Source: an uncultured Gammaproteobacteria bacterium
GTDB taxonomy: Bacteria; Pseudomonadota; Gammaproteobacteria; Magnimaribacterales; Magnimaribacteraceae
Reading direction: 5' to 3'
Length of the DNA: 64,000 bases
Assembly (NCBI GenBank): GCA_913042085.1
Contig: CAJWKH010000001.1
Span: forward strand, 1,617-65,616
Of the stretch, positions 11,592 through 21,210 are shown piece by piece (within the stretch, counting starts at the first letter, position 1; every line of letters begins with the position of its first letter). The notes beneath the pieces are model-generated. The model made no database searches. It was not told the origin of the DNA and worked only from the letters and a program-made list of their open reading frames with translations. A program made the translations under genes and the position numbers.

Positions 11592-11999
11592 ATGATAGAC
11601 CAAAAAATACCAGAAGGCTTTAAAGAGCTAAAAATTCCTCAACGCCACATTGAAAATATGGGTCCTGGATATTACAAAAAAGAGGACGATCAATTATTTA
11701 TGATTTTTTTTGCTAAAGAAGAACATAGCAATTTTTATGAATCTGCCCATGGAGGAGCACTTATGGCTTTAGCTGATTTCTGCACAACTTCTGCCATGAT
11801 GAAAGACAGGAACAGTTTGGTAACGACAGTTAGTTTTCACTCTGAGTTTATAGCACCTGCACCCATTGGCAGTATGCTGCTTATACGTGCTAAACCAACT
11901 AAAATAGGAAAATCTATAGGTTTTGTTGAAGGTGATATAACTGTAGATGGTAAGACTATAATTACTTTTGGAGGAGTTGGAAAAATACTAAAAGCATAA
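11592..11999 (+). CDS. PaaI-family hotdog thioesterase
   Basis: 135 aa with the HGGALMALADF motif typical of PaaI / phenylacetic-acid-type thioesterases. Confidence 0.75.
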   Translation: MIDQKIPEGFKELKIPQRHIENMGPGYYKKEDDQLFMIFFAKEEHSNFYESAHGGALMALADFCTTSAMMKDRNSLVTTVSFHSEFIAPAPIGSMLLIRAKPTKIGKSIGFVEGDITVDGKTIITFGGVGKILKA

Positions 12000-13177
12000 T
12001 GGATAAAAAATACGAAATAATTATTTATGGAGCTACTGGTTTCACAGGTCAGATATGTTGTAAATATTTAAGAGATAATTACAAAGACTTAGTCTGGGCT
12101 ATGGCTGGAAGAAATAAGGAAAAACTAGACCAGATTAAATCTGATTTCAATCTTGAATGTGATGTGATTGTTGCTGATGGAGCAGATCTAGAGGCTTTAA
12201 GGTCTTTAACCAGACAAACGAAAGTTGTCTTGTCCACGGCAGGACCATTTGCTAGATATGGATCTTTACTGGTTCAAGCTTGTGTTGAAAACGCAACTCA
12301 TTACACAGATATAACCGGTGAAAATCATTGGGTTAGGGGCCTAATTGATAAACATCATGAAGAGGCTGCTTCAAAAGGAATAAGAATTATTCCTTCTTGC
12401 GGCTACGATTCAATTCCTTCAGATATAGGAGCCTTATTTACCATCTCTCAGTTTAATAAGCCGGTCTCTAGAGTGGATGTCTACCAAGAGGCTTTAGGTG
12501 GGGCTTCAGGCGGGACGACTGAAACCATGTTTACAATGGACAGCCTTTCTAAAGAAATGAGAGACCCCTTTGTTTTAAATCCAGAAGACACAGTTTCTGA
12601 AGAACAAAGAGAGAAATCTAAGGACGGTTTTAGTATTGAACAAGTTGAAGGTATTGATGGTTGGGTCGGAATGGGGTTAATGGCCATGGCAAATACCAGA
12701 GTAGTAAGGCGATCTGCGGCGTTAATGGAACAGAACCAGAAACCGTATGGAAACAATTTTACTTTTGGCGAACACGGTTTATTTTCCACTAAACGAATGG
12801 CAAGGTTAGCTTCTTTCGGTCTGTTAATGGCTTTCTTAGTTATAAGTACTCCTATAAAGCATCTAGTAAGACGTTTTCTTCCGAAACCAGGAGAAGGACC
12901 CAGCCAAGAGCAACAAGATAATGGTTGGTTCAGATCAACTTTTGTTGCTTTTTCGGAAGATGGAGAAAGGAAGGTTTGCTCAATGTATGGGTCAGGAGAT
13001 CCTGGCTATAAATCAACAGCAAAATTAGTTTGTGAATCTGCTATTGCTCTAGCGCAGTCTAATGACCTCCCAGGAGGCAATGAATATGGAGGAGTTCTTA
13101 CTTCTGCAGTAGGACTGGGAGAAGTTTTAATAGATAGACTAAAGAATGCTGGAATTGAATTTAAAGTTCATCATTAA
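11999..13177 (+). CDS. saccharopine dehydrogenase-like NAD(P)-binding oxidoreductase
   Basis: 392 aa. Rossmann N-terminus IIIYGATGFTG. Family assignment from overall pattern only. Start overlaps the upstream stop (TAATG). Confidence 0.7.
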   Translation: MDKKYEIIIYGATGFTGQICCKYLRDNYKDLVWAMAGRNKEKLDQIKSDFNLECDVIVADGADLEALRSLTRQTKVVLSTAGPFARYGSLLVQACVENATHYTDITGENHWVRGLIDKHHEEAASKGIRIIPSCGYDSIPSDIGALFTISQFNKPVSRVDVYQEALGGASGGTTETMFTMDSLSKEMRDPFVLNPEDTVSEEQREKSKDGFSIEQVEGIDGWVGMGLMAMANTRVVRRSAALMEQNQKPYGNNFTFGEHGLFSTKRMARLASFGLLMAFLVISTPIKHLVRRFLPKPGEGPSQEQQDNGWFRSTFVAFSEDGERKVCSMYGSGDPGYKSTAKLVCESAIALAQSNDLPGGNEYGGVLTSAVGLGEVLIDRLKNAGIEFKVHH

Positions 13178-14430
13178 ACTTTAAACTTTTTAAGTTTTTT
13201 CTTTACTAACTTGTGCTTTAAGGAAGCTGTTTGTATGACTCCTTCTTCGAAAGGAACCATGGCTTCACCTTGAATCAACGGTCTAAGATAATTCTTACAA
13301 GATTGAGTTATTCCAAATCCATCCTTGGATATGAAATTTTTAGGCATTTTCTTTTCTACGTTAGCTACCTTAGATAATTCGACTTTTCCAATTTCCCAAG
13401 AATAGGGTTTAGATTTCTTCCTTACAATAACTGGCATAATGGAGTTTTCACCAGAACTAGCAAATTCAACAGCAGCTTTACCAACCGCATATGCTTGATC
13501 CAAGTCTACTTGAGAAGATATATGTCTTGCAGATCGTTGCAGATAGTCTGAAACAGCCCAATGGTATTTATATCCTAATTTTTTATTAATAATTCCTGCA
13601 ACTTGTGGAGCAACGCCACCAAGTTGTTTGTGGCCAAAAGAATCAACCGTTCCGGCATCGGCAAGAAATTTTCCGTTTTTGTATTTCGCGCCTTCTGATA
13701 CAACTATCACGCAATAACCTTCTTTATTTACAGAATCTTTTACTTTCTTTAAGAATTTATTTTCATCAAAAGGAACTTCTGGCAACAAAATAATATGAGG
13801 AGCAGAGCTGTCTTTAGATTGCGCAAGCCCTGAAGACGCAGCAAGCCAGCCTGCGTGTCTTCCCATTACTTCGAAGATAAATACTTTTGTAGAGCTTTTA
13901 GACATACTCTTTACGTCTAAAGCTGCCTCTTTTGTAGAGGTAGCAATATACTTTGCAACAGACCCGAAACCAGGACAGTTATCTGTAAAAGGTAAATCGT
14001 TGTCTATAGTTTTAGGTATACCGATACATGTAACAGGAAATCCAGCTTCTCTCGTGTATTGAGCTATCTTGTTAGAAGTGTCTTGAGAATCACCACCTCC
14101 GTTATAAAAGAAGTATCCTATATCGTGAGCTTTAAAAACCTCAATTAACCTTTCGTATTCTCTTTTATTCTGTCTAGCATCTTTAAGTTTATGTCTGCAT
14201 GAACCAAATGTTCCACCAGGTGTATGCATTAGTTTTTTAATTTCTTTAGCATTTTCAACGCTGGTGTCTATTAGATCTTCATTAAGGATTCCTACTATTC
14301 CATCTTTTCCTGCATAAACTTTTTTAATATTCTTAGACTTTCTGGCAGACTCTATTACCGCACAAGCAGTTGCGTTTATCACGGAAGTTACCCCTCCAGA
14401 TTGAGCATATAGAGCATTTTTTGCTTTCAT
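13174..14430 (-). CDS. pfp: 6-phosphofructokinase, probably pyrophosphate-dependent
   Basis: 418 aa PFK-A family (NGGGDS, GIPKTIDNDL, MGRHAGW). Lys in PKTIDND, where ATP-PFKs have Gly, is the classical PPi-PFK signature. Confidence 0.82.
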   Translation of the reverse strand: MKAKNALYAQSGGVTSVINATACAVIESARKSKNIKKVYAGKDGIVGILNEDLIDTSVENAKEIKKLMHTPGGTFGSCRHKLKDARQNKREYERLIEVFKAHDIGYFFYNGGGDSQDTSNKIAQYTREAGFPVTCIGIPKTIDNDLPFTDNCPGFGSVAKYIATSTKEAALDVKSMSKSSTKVFIFEVMGRHAGWLAASSGLAQSKDSSAPHIILLPEVPFDENKFLKKVKDSVNKEGYCVIVVSEGAKYKNGKFLADAGTVDSFGHKQLGGVAPQVAGIINKKLGYKYHWAVSDYLQRSARHISSQVDLDQAYAVGKAAVEFASSGENSIMPVIVRKKSKPYSWEIGKVELSKVANVEKKMPKNFISKDGFGITQSCKNYLRPLIQGEAMVPFEEGVIQTASLKHKLVKKKLKKFKV

Positions 14431-14493
14431 GGGTGTGATGTTACTGAAAACAAGTCTATCTTGGAATCATTCTTGATAGGTATAATCAATTTT

Positions 14494-15852
14494 ATGGCTA
14501 AAGAAAAAATTCATATATTAGGAATATGTGGAACTTTCATGGGCGGATTGGCTATCTTAGGAAAAGAAGCCGGTCTTGAAATAAGCGGATGCGATTCTAA
14601 TATTTATCCTCCCATGTCAGAACATTTAGCCGAAATGGGTATTGATATCATTTCTGGTTACGACCCCTCTGATCTACCAAAAGCTGATTTTTACGTTATA
14701 GGAAATGCCATTTCAAGAGGTAATCCTGCTTTAGAAGAATTACTCAATAGAAAAGCCAATTTAATTTCGGGACCGCAATGGTTATATAACTTCATACTCA
14801 AGGATAAAAAGGTCATAGCAGCTTCTGGAACTCATGGAAAAACTACCACAACTGCAATGATTGCTTGGATTTTTGAATACTTGAAGATTGATGTGGGTTA
14901 TTTGATTGCTGGAAAACCAAAAGATTTTCAGAAATCTGCACGAAAAGGGTCTGAAGATATTTTTGTTATAGAAGCAGATGAATATGACACAGCCTTTTTT
15001 GATAAAAGATCAAAATTTATTCATTACAAACCTGACACTTTGATTGTTAATAATATTGAATTTGATCACGCAGATATATTTAAAGATATAACTGCCATAC
15101 ATAAAGAATTCCATAATTTGATAAGGTCAATGCCAGAGAAGGCGCAAATTATTTTTCCCACAGATGATTTAAACATAGCCAAAGTACTTAATATGGGGTG
15201 CTGGAGCAAACAAGAGAGCTATTCGTTCAAGGACAAGGCTCAAAATAATTACACTTCGGTTTTGCCAGATTATTCAGAAATAAGATTCAGGGTAGGAGCT
15301 GATGAAGGTGAATTAAAGTGGCAAATGTTTGGTGAATATAATGCTAGGAACGCTATGAGCGCAATCTTAGCAACTAACAAATATGGAGTAACTCTTAATC
15401 AATCGTTAGAAGCATTATCAAATTTTAGAGGGGTTTCTAAAAGACAAGATATTCTCATGGAAAGTGAAAATATTATTCTAATGGAAGACTTTGCTCATCA
15501 CCCCACTGCTATTCAGATGACTTTGTCTGGTCTTCGAAATAAATATAAAGATCACAAAATTATAGCAGCCATAGAGTTAAGGTCTAATACTATGAAGTCT
15601 GGGCATCATGATGATGTATTAATTGAAGCCACAAAAGAAGCAGATGAAGTTTTTTGGAAAAGTGAAGATAAAACTCAAGTAGATAAATTTTTAGACTCTG
15701 ATGCTAATAGGTCTAGAATAATTCAATCGGCTGAAGAAACTTCTAACGAGATAATTCAAAGTATTAAAACAAAGACTGTAATTGTTGTTATCTCAAATGC
15801 AGATTTTGATGGTTTGTCGCAAAGAATAATCCGTAAATTACAAAATGGATAA
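14494..15852 (+). CDS. mpl: UDP-N-acetylmuramate:L-alanyl-gamma-D-glutamyl-meso-DAP ligase (murein peptide ligase)
   Basis: The ORF opens at TTG 14461, but the conserved Mpl N-terminus begins at ATG 14494 (MAKEKIHILGICGTFMGGLA). Mur-ligase P-loop GTHGKTTTT is present. Confidence 0.9.
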   Translation: MAKEKIHILGICGTFMGGLAILGKEAGLEISGCDSNIYPPMSEHLAEMGIDIISGYDPSDLPKADFYVIGNAISRGNPALEELLNRKANLISGPQWLYNFILKDKKVIAASGTHGKTTTTAMIAWIFEYLKIDVGYLIAGKPKDFQKSARKGSEDIFVIEADEYDTAFFDKRSKFIHYKPDTLIVNNIEFDHADIFKDITAIHKEFHNLIRSMPEKAQIIFPTDDLNIAKVLNMGCWSKQESYSFKDKAQNNYTSVLPDYSEIRFRVGADEGELKWQMFGEYNARNAMSAILATNKYGVTLNQSLEALSNFRGVSKRQDILMESENIILMEDFAHHPTAIQMTLSGLRNKYKDHKIIAAIELRSNTMKSGHHDDVLIEATKEADEVFWKSEDKTQVDKFLDSDANRSRIIQSAEETSNEIIQSIKTKTVIVVISNADFDGLSQRIIRKLQNG

Positions 15853-16450
15853 AGAAAAGGAAATTAATACTTACCCCGTATTCCCCCTTTCAATCAACGT
15901 TCTCCCAGGTGCTTACTTACCTTTGCAAATCTTTGAACCAAGATATTTAGATATGGTAAAAAATAGTTTAGCTAGAGAAGAAGGGTTCTGTATTGCCCTA
16001 GCTAAGAACGACGAGAAAGCGTATAAAGAAGAGCTACCAAATCTTCATGAAGTGGGGACTTATGTGGAGATTGTAGATTTTAATAAATTGAAGAATGGAC
16101 TACTTGGAATAACTGTTAAAGGATTAAACAAAGTTAAGATTTTAGATAGATGGAAGCAAGATGATGAATTATTGCTAGCTAAGATTTCTAAATTAAAAGA
16201 ATTAGGAGAAGATTTTTCAGAAGACCCCACTTATAAAGAAATATGGAGTATGTTGATAGAAATAAGTGGTCACCCCGAAGTAAAAAAATTAAACCTGGAA
16301 ATAGACCTCAAGAACGCTATTAATGTCAGCTATATTCTTGGGAGTCTGCTTCCCCTTACACCTGAAGAAAAGCAGACCATGTTGGAATTAGAGAGCAGTA
16401 CGGAGAAGCTCGATTACTTACAGTCCGTTATTAAAAAATTAGGCGGTTAA
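15845..16450 (+). CDS. LON substrate-binding (N-terminal) domain protein
   Basis: 201 aa. FPLSINVLPGAYLPLQIFEPRY matches the Lon N-domain start. There is no AAA or protease domain. Overlaps mpl by 8 bp. Confidence 0.7.
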   Translation: MDKEKEINTYPVFPLSINVLPGAYLPLQIFEPRYLDMVKNSLAREEGFCIALAKNDEKAYKEELPNLHEVGTYVEIVDFNKLKNGLLGITVKGLNKVKILDRWKQDDELLLAKISKLKELGEDFSEDPTYKEIWSMLIEISGHPEVKKLNLEIDLKNAINVSYILGSLLPLTPEEKQTMLELESSTEKLDYLQSVIKKLGG

Positions 16451-17854
16451 TTAAGTTCCTGGTCGCCAATTTCCGTGAAATCCGTAGGGAATTCGATGAG
16501 GAAGCATTGCTCTTGCTATAGGCCCTGATGAAATATTCTCAGCATCGAATATCATTAAATCAGAGCGATTTTCCTTCCCTATATAGCCCAATGCAATTAC
16601 AAACCCAACACCTTCAGCTGCATCAGACGATTTAGGAACGAATATAGGCTCTCCCACTGCATCATGTTCTGATAGTGTGAAGACGTCTTTATTAGTTGTC
16701 TCATAGTCGTATCTTGTGATTGAGTTAAAGCTAATTCCTTTAGGAGAATTTCCGTGGTTAGAGGCATAAATACCATAACGGTAATTTGACATGCTGTATC
16801 TTTCGTCCAGTCTAGGAAATTCACCAATATGATCATCTAGGTAGTCTTTCTTTATTGAGCCTGAGTTAGAGGTTAGATCAATTTCCCAGCGATTCAATCT
16901 TGCTTCAGCTTTTTTATTGTCAGGCGTAGATCCATCAAGGTGAGGGAATAAAGGAGCTTCTTCAAATTGCATCATATCCGCAATTATCTTATCTCCATCT
17001 GTATATGCATTCATGGGGTGGAATACGTAGCAAGGATCATCCTCTATCCATTTGATGTCTTTGACGTTTCCATTTCTAGGCATAACTCCAATCTGGCTTA
17101 ATCTACTGGAGTCCCAAACAATAGGCGACAGCCCTTTGGCCACTAGATTAAAGTCAATAATTAACGGAAATATAGGGAAAATTACATGTTCAGTAGTAAC
17201 GATAAAATCATGAATCATGCTGGAATAAGGAGTTTCAAATTCTGAGTAAGTTTTAAGATCCCCAGACGCATCAATTACAAAGTAAGTCATCTTATTTTCG
17301 CCAAATCCATAACTAAAGCCAAACATTTCTCCTGTTTTAGGATCAATTTTGGGGTGTGCGGTCATCGCTGAATGTAATTTACCTTGATAATTCCAAGATC
17401 CTTTCGATTCCAGAGTTATTGGATCTAACTCGAAGGGAGGATGGCCTTCTTCTAGTGCAAGAAGTTTATTGGCATGAAAAATTATATTCGTATTTGCCGT
17501 CCCGTCTTCGCCTTCAAAATCAAATATAGGATCAGGTTCCATAGGATTCATAGAATTAACTAAAGCTCTTCCCGCAGTTCTTTCTTGCTTCCATTTAGAG
17601 GTTTGCACCCATCTATTCCTATAAGATATTTTGCCGTTTTCAAAATGAAAGGCATGAATCATTCCATCTCCAGCGAACCAGTGATACTGCCCTCCCATTG
17701 GAGGAAACTGAGGATCAGGACCGTTCCTGTAGTAACTCCCAAACAAGTCTTTAGGCACTTCTCCTTCAATTATTAAATCTTGTATGTCACATTCCATTCT
17801 TAATGGAGCGTAATTGCCTTCAAGGTTAGGATGATTAGGGTAAACTTCTGTCAT
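16451..17854 (-). CDS. carotenoid/apocarotenoid cleavage oxygenase (RPE65/CCO family)
   Basis: 467 aa. Four iron-ligand His contexts at the expected spacing (TAHPKIDP, MIHDF, VFHPMNA, GFHGNW). Confidence 0.85.
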   Translation of the reverse strand: MTEVYPNHPNLEGNYAPLRMECDIQDLIIEGEVPKDLFGSYYRNGPDPQFPPMGGQYHWFAGDGMIHAFHFENGKISYRNRWVQTSKWKQERTAGRALVNSMNPMEPDPIFDFEGEDGTANTNIIFHANKLLALEEGHPPFELDPITLESKGSWNYQGKLHSAMTAHPKIDPKTGEMFGFSYGFGENKMTYFVIDASGDLKTYSEFETPYSSMIHDFIVTTEHVIFPIFPLIIDFNLVAKGLSPIVWDSSRLSQIGVMPRNGNVKDIKWIEDDPCYVFHPMNAYTDGDKIIADMMQFEEAPLFPHLDGSTPDNKKAEARLNRWEIDLTSNSGSIKKDYLDDHIGEFPRLDERYSMSNYRYGIYASNHGNSPKGISFNSITRYDYETTNKDVFTLSEHDAVGEPIFVPKSSDAAEGVGFVIALGYIGKENRSDLMIFDAENISSGPIARAMLPHRIPYGFHGNWRPGT

Positions 17855-17856
17855 GG

Positions 17857-18462
17857 CTATTCCTCAATATATTTACGATTAAAGTACCTTACTATAACTA
17901 TCAATACAACAACCCCTATTATTATTGCTATTAACCAATTAAGATTAAATTGACTATCTAGAATTGATTTTCCTGCGTAATAACCTGGAACTGTATACAA
18001 TAAAGCCCATAAAAAAGAAGAAAATATCTCTACAGTTAAGAAATATTTAAAGTTCATTCCTAAAGATCCTGCAGTAAGAGGAAGTAATGGTCTGATCGGT
18101 CCAATAAACTTACCTACGAATACTCCCAATATACCGAAACGCCTCACAAAACTCCTTCCTTGAACTAATAAATTAGGATATTTATTAAATGGCCATAATT
18201 TATCAATAGATTTACTAACTCCAGTTCCAAATAGGAAGCTTAGAATATCTGCTAAAAAGCTTGCGACATAAGCTATTAATACAAGCTCAAAAACACTTAA
18301 GGTTGAGGCTGCCATTCCTGAAATAACTGCAAGCAGAACAACTCCGGGTATTATGACTCCAATTAAGGCAAAAGATTCAATAAAGGCAGCACCAAATACT
18401 CCAAGCGCAATCCATTCGGGATTGTCCTTTAACCACAAAATTACTTCATTGAACTCAAACAC
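17857..18462 (-). CDS. DedA-family inner membrane protein
   Basis: 201 aa, multi-TM, with the DedA signature region [14 protein letters not shown]. Confidence 0.8.
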   Translation of the reverse strand: MFEFNEVILWLKDNPEWIALGVFGAAFIESFALIGVIIPGVVLLAVISGMAASTLSVFELVLIAYVASFLADILSFLFGTGVSKSIDKLWPFNKYPNLLVQGRSFVRRFGILGVFVGKFIGPIRPLLPLTAGSLGMNFKYFLTVEIFSSFLWALLYTVPGYYAGKSILDSQFNLNWLIAIIIGVVVLIVIVRYFNRKYIEE

Positions 18463-18507
18463 TTTATAATCTTTATTTTAACTATTGTTTCATTAGAATA
18501 TTGCATC

Positions 18508-19776
18508 ATGTCATACAGTAAAGATATAAATATTTATATGGATTCTTTGGGAGCTTCGGCTAAGAAAGCTTCAAGAATTCTCTCTCAAGCTTCTGAAAAG
18601 CAAAAGAACGATGCGTTATTAAGTATTGCTAAGAAAATAGATATAAAACGTCAAGACATACTAAAAGAAAACATTAAAGATCTGGAAGAAGCAAAGAAAA
18701 AGCAAATAGGAGACGCTCTAATTGATAGATTGGAATTAACCGAAGAAAGAATAGATTCAATGATTTCTGGATTGAAAGTAGTCTCAGAGCTACCTGATCC
18801 AGTAGGAGAAATAACTAAATTAAAACCTACTCCTTCAGGAATAGACGTAAGCAAGATGAGAGTTCCTTTAGGGGTTGTAGGAATTATCTATGAATCCAGA
18901 CCAAATGTGACTGCGGATGCAGCCGCGCTTTGCTTAAAATCTGGGAACGCGTGCATCCTTAGAGGAGGGTCTGAAGCCATTCTTTCAAACAAAATTATTT
19001 GGGAATGCTTACAAAACGGACTTGAGGAATCAGGACTTCCTAAAGATAGTGTTCAGTTAGTAGAAACTATTGATAGGGAAGCAGTTAAAAGTTTACTTCA
19101 TATGGATAAGTGGATTGACGTTATTATTCCTAGAGGTGGAAAGGGATTAGTAAAGCTAATTTCTGAAGAATCTAGAGTCCCTGTAATTAAGCATCTGGAT
19201 GGTATATGTCATGTTTATATAGACAAAGACTCAGACCTAGAAAAAGCTATAAATATTGCCTTTAATGCAAAGACTTACAGGTACGGTATTTGTGGAGCCA
19301 TGGAAACTTTACTTGTTCATAGAGAAGTAGCTGCAAATATACTTCCTCAGTTGTCAGAGAGGTTTCATTCAGAAGGGGTTGAATTAAGGGGCTGTAAAGC
19401 AACTCAAGAGATTATTAAAGTTAAAACTGCTAATGAGGAAGATTGGTCTACTGAATACTTGGCCCCTGTTCTGTCAGTAAAGATAGTAGGAGAAATAGAG
19501 GAAGCCATAGAGCATATTAATTCATTCGGTTCGAGTCATACTGATTCGATAGTTACAGAGAATAATGAGAAAGTTGCAATTTTCTTTGACCAAGTCGATT
19601 CCAGTTCTGTAATGCATAATTTACCTACATGCTGGGCTGATGGTTTTGAGTATGGCCTAGGTGCTGAGGTAGGAATATCTACAGACAAAATTCATGCAAG
19701 AGGACCAGTAGGATTAGAAGGCCTCACTTCGCAGAAGTTCATAGTAAAGGGTAATTCTCAACTTAGAGGGTCTTGA
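18508..19776 (+). CDS. proA: glutamate-5-semialdehyde dehydrogenase (gamma-glutamyl phosphate reductase)
   Basis: 422 aa aldehyde-dehydrogenase fold with a ProA-typical catalytic Cys region ([12 protein letters not shown]). Conserved proA-nadD linkage. Confidence 0.93.
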   Translation: MSYSKDINIYMDSLGASAKKASRILSQASEKQKNDALLSIAKKIDIKRQDILKENIKDLEEAKKKQIGDALIDRLELTEERIDSMISGLKVVSELPDPVGEITKLKPTPSGIDVSKMRVPLGVVGIIYESRPNVTADAAALCLKSGNACILRGGSEAILSNKIIWECLQNGLEESGLPKDSVQLVETIDREAVKSLLHMDKWIDVIIPRGGKGLVKLISEESRVPVIKHLDGICHVYIDKDSDLEKAINIAFNAKTYRYGICGAMETLLVHREVAANILPQLSERFHSEGVELRGCKATQEIIKVKTANEEDWSTEYLAPVLSVKIVGEIEEAIEHINSFGSSHTDSIVTENNEKVAIFFDQVDSSSVMHNLPTCWADGFEYGLGAEVGISTDKIHARGPVGLEGLTSQKFIVKGNSQLRGS

Positions 19777-20414
19777 GTAATTCGAAATCAGAATTTATTG
19801 GTATCTTCGGCGGTACCTTTGACCCTGTACATAAGGGCCATACAGAAATTATAAAGAATTTATTTGAATTAATTCCATTAGATAAAGTAATAGTCGTTCC
19901 TAATGGAGTACCTCCCCACAGACAAGCATCTGTGAGTTCAGAAGAGAGACTTAGGATGGTTTCTTCAGCTTTTAAAAGCTCGGAAAAAGTAGTAATAGAT
20001 AACAGGGAGATTAAAAAAAAGGATCCGTCATACGCAATTTCTACTTTAAGGGAGTTAATTGAAGAAAATACAGAACATTCTTTAGTGTGGATTATGGGTT
20101 CAGATGCCTTCGCTGAAATTGACAGTTGGTATCAGTGGGAAGATTTTATAAAAATGATAAATATTATTGTAATGGTTCGACCCAATCATGAAATACCTAT
20201 AGAAAGTGAAGCTTATAAACTTTTGCAGAAGAGTCATACGATAGACAAAGAATCATTAAGCTCAGGAAAAGAAAAGATATTATTATTAAAAATTAGACCA
20301 ATTGAAATTTCTTCTACTGACATAAGGAATAAGATATATAAAGGATCAGATGTATCGGAATTTCTATTAGAAGAGGTCAATGAACTCATAAATAAAGGGA
20401 GCTTATACCAATAA
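19773..20414 (+). CDS. nadD: nicotinate-nucleotide adenylyltransferase
   Basis: 213 aa with the [14 protein letters not shown] nucleotidyltransferase motif and an ISSTDIR C-terminal motif. 4-bp overlap with proA. Confidence 0.9.
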   Translation: MSNSKSEFIGIFGGTFDPVHKGHTEIIKNLFELIPLDKVIVVPNGVPPHRQASVSSEERLRMVSSAFKSSEKVVIDNREIKKKDPSYAISTLRELIEENTEHSLVWIMGSDAFAEIDSWYQWEDFIKMINIIVMVRPNHEIPIESEAYKLLQKSHTIDKESLSSGKEKILLLKIRPIEISSTDIRNKIYKGSDVSEFLLEEVNELINKGSLYQ

Positions 20415-20417
20415 AAT

Positions 20418-20741
20418 ATGACTATATCTTTAAAGAATAAAATAATTAAAAGTTTGGAAGACATAAAGGCAGTAAACCCTGTGACAATTAATGTTAAGAA
20501 GTTAAGTTCTTTGACTGATTTTATGATCATTGCTTCCGGAACTTCCAACAGACATATTACGGCTATTAGTGAAAAAGTGATTGATGGTTTGAAGAAAAAT
20601 AAGATAAAGGAAGTGAAAGTAGAGGGTCAAGGTGGAGATGATTGGGTTCTTGTAGATGCGGGGGATGTAATTGTTCATTTAATGTCTTCTGAAGCCAGAG
20701 AGTTTTATGATTTAGAGAGTTTATGGGATCCTGATTTGTAA
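20418..20741 (+). CDS. rsfS: ribosome silencing factor
   Basis: 107 aa with DFMIIASGTSNRHITAIS and DWVLVD motifs. Conserved nadD-rsfS-rlmH order. Confidence 0.9.
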   Translation: MTISLKNKIIKSLEDIKAVNPVTINVKKLSSLTDFMIIASGTSNRHITAISEKVIDGLKKNKIKEVKVEGQGGDDWVLVDAGDVIVHLMSSEAREFYDLESLWDPDL

Positions 20742-21208
20742 TGTTAATTAATATTGTTTGTATAGAGTCCAGTAGACCAGATTGGGCTAGGCAAGCTTTT
20801 GAGTCTTATCAATCAAAATTTAATAAATCTATTAATATTAATTGGAAGGGGTGTAAGCCAATTCAAAGAAATAAGAATTATGATATAGAAAGGGCTATTA
20901 AAGATGAAAGTGACTTGCTTTTATCTGGCACCAAGAAAGAAGACGTAATTATAAGCTTGGATAAAGAAGGAAAGAGTCTGGATACTCTTAAATTAAAAGA
21001 TAATTTTGAGAATTGGCTGTCCTCTTCTAAAGATATTTCATTTCTTGTAGGCGGGCCTGATGGCCTAAGTTCTGAATGCATAAAACAGAGTCACCTATCA
21101 TGGTCCTTGTCCGATTTAACTTTTCCTCACTCATTGGTACCAATTTTAATTATTGAACAAGTTTATAGAGCCTGGTCTATAACCCAGAATCACCCCTACC
21201 ACCGATAG
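20741..21208 (+). CDS. rlmH: 23S rRNA (pseudouridine1915-N3)-methyltransferase
   Basis: 155 aa SPOUT protein with a GGPDGLS C-terminal region. TAATG junction with rsfS. Confidence 0.9.
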   Translation: MLINIVCIESSRPDWARQAFESYQSKFNKSININWKGCKPIQRNKNYDIERAIKDESDLLLSGTKKEDVIISLDKEGKSLDTLKLKDNFENWLSSSKDISFLVGGPDGLSSECIKQSHLSWSLSDLTFPHSLVPILIIEQVYRAWSITQNHPYHR

Positions 21209-21210
21209 CT

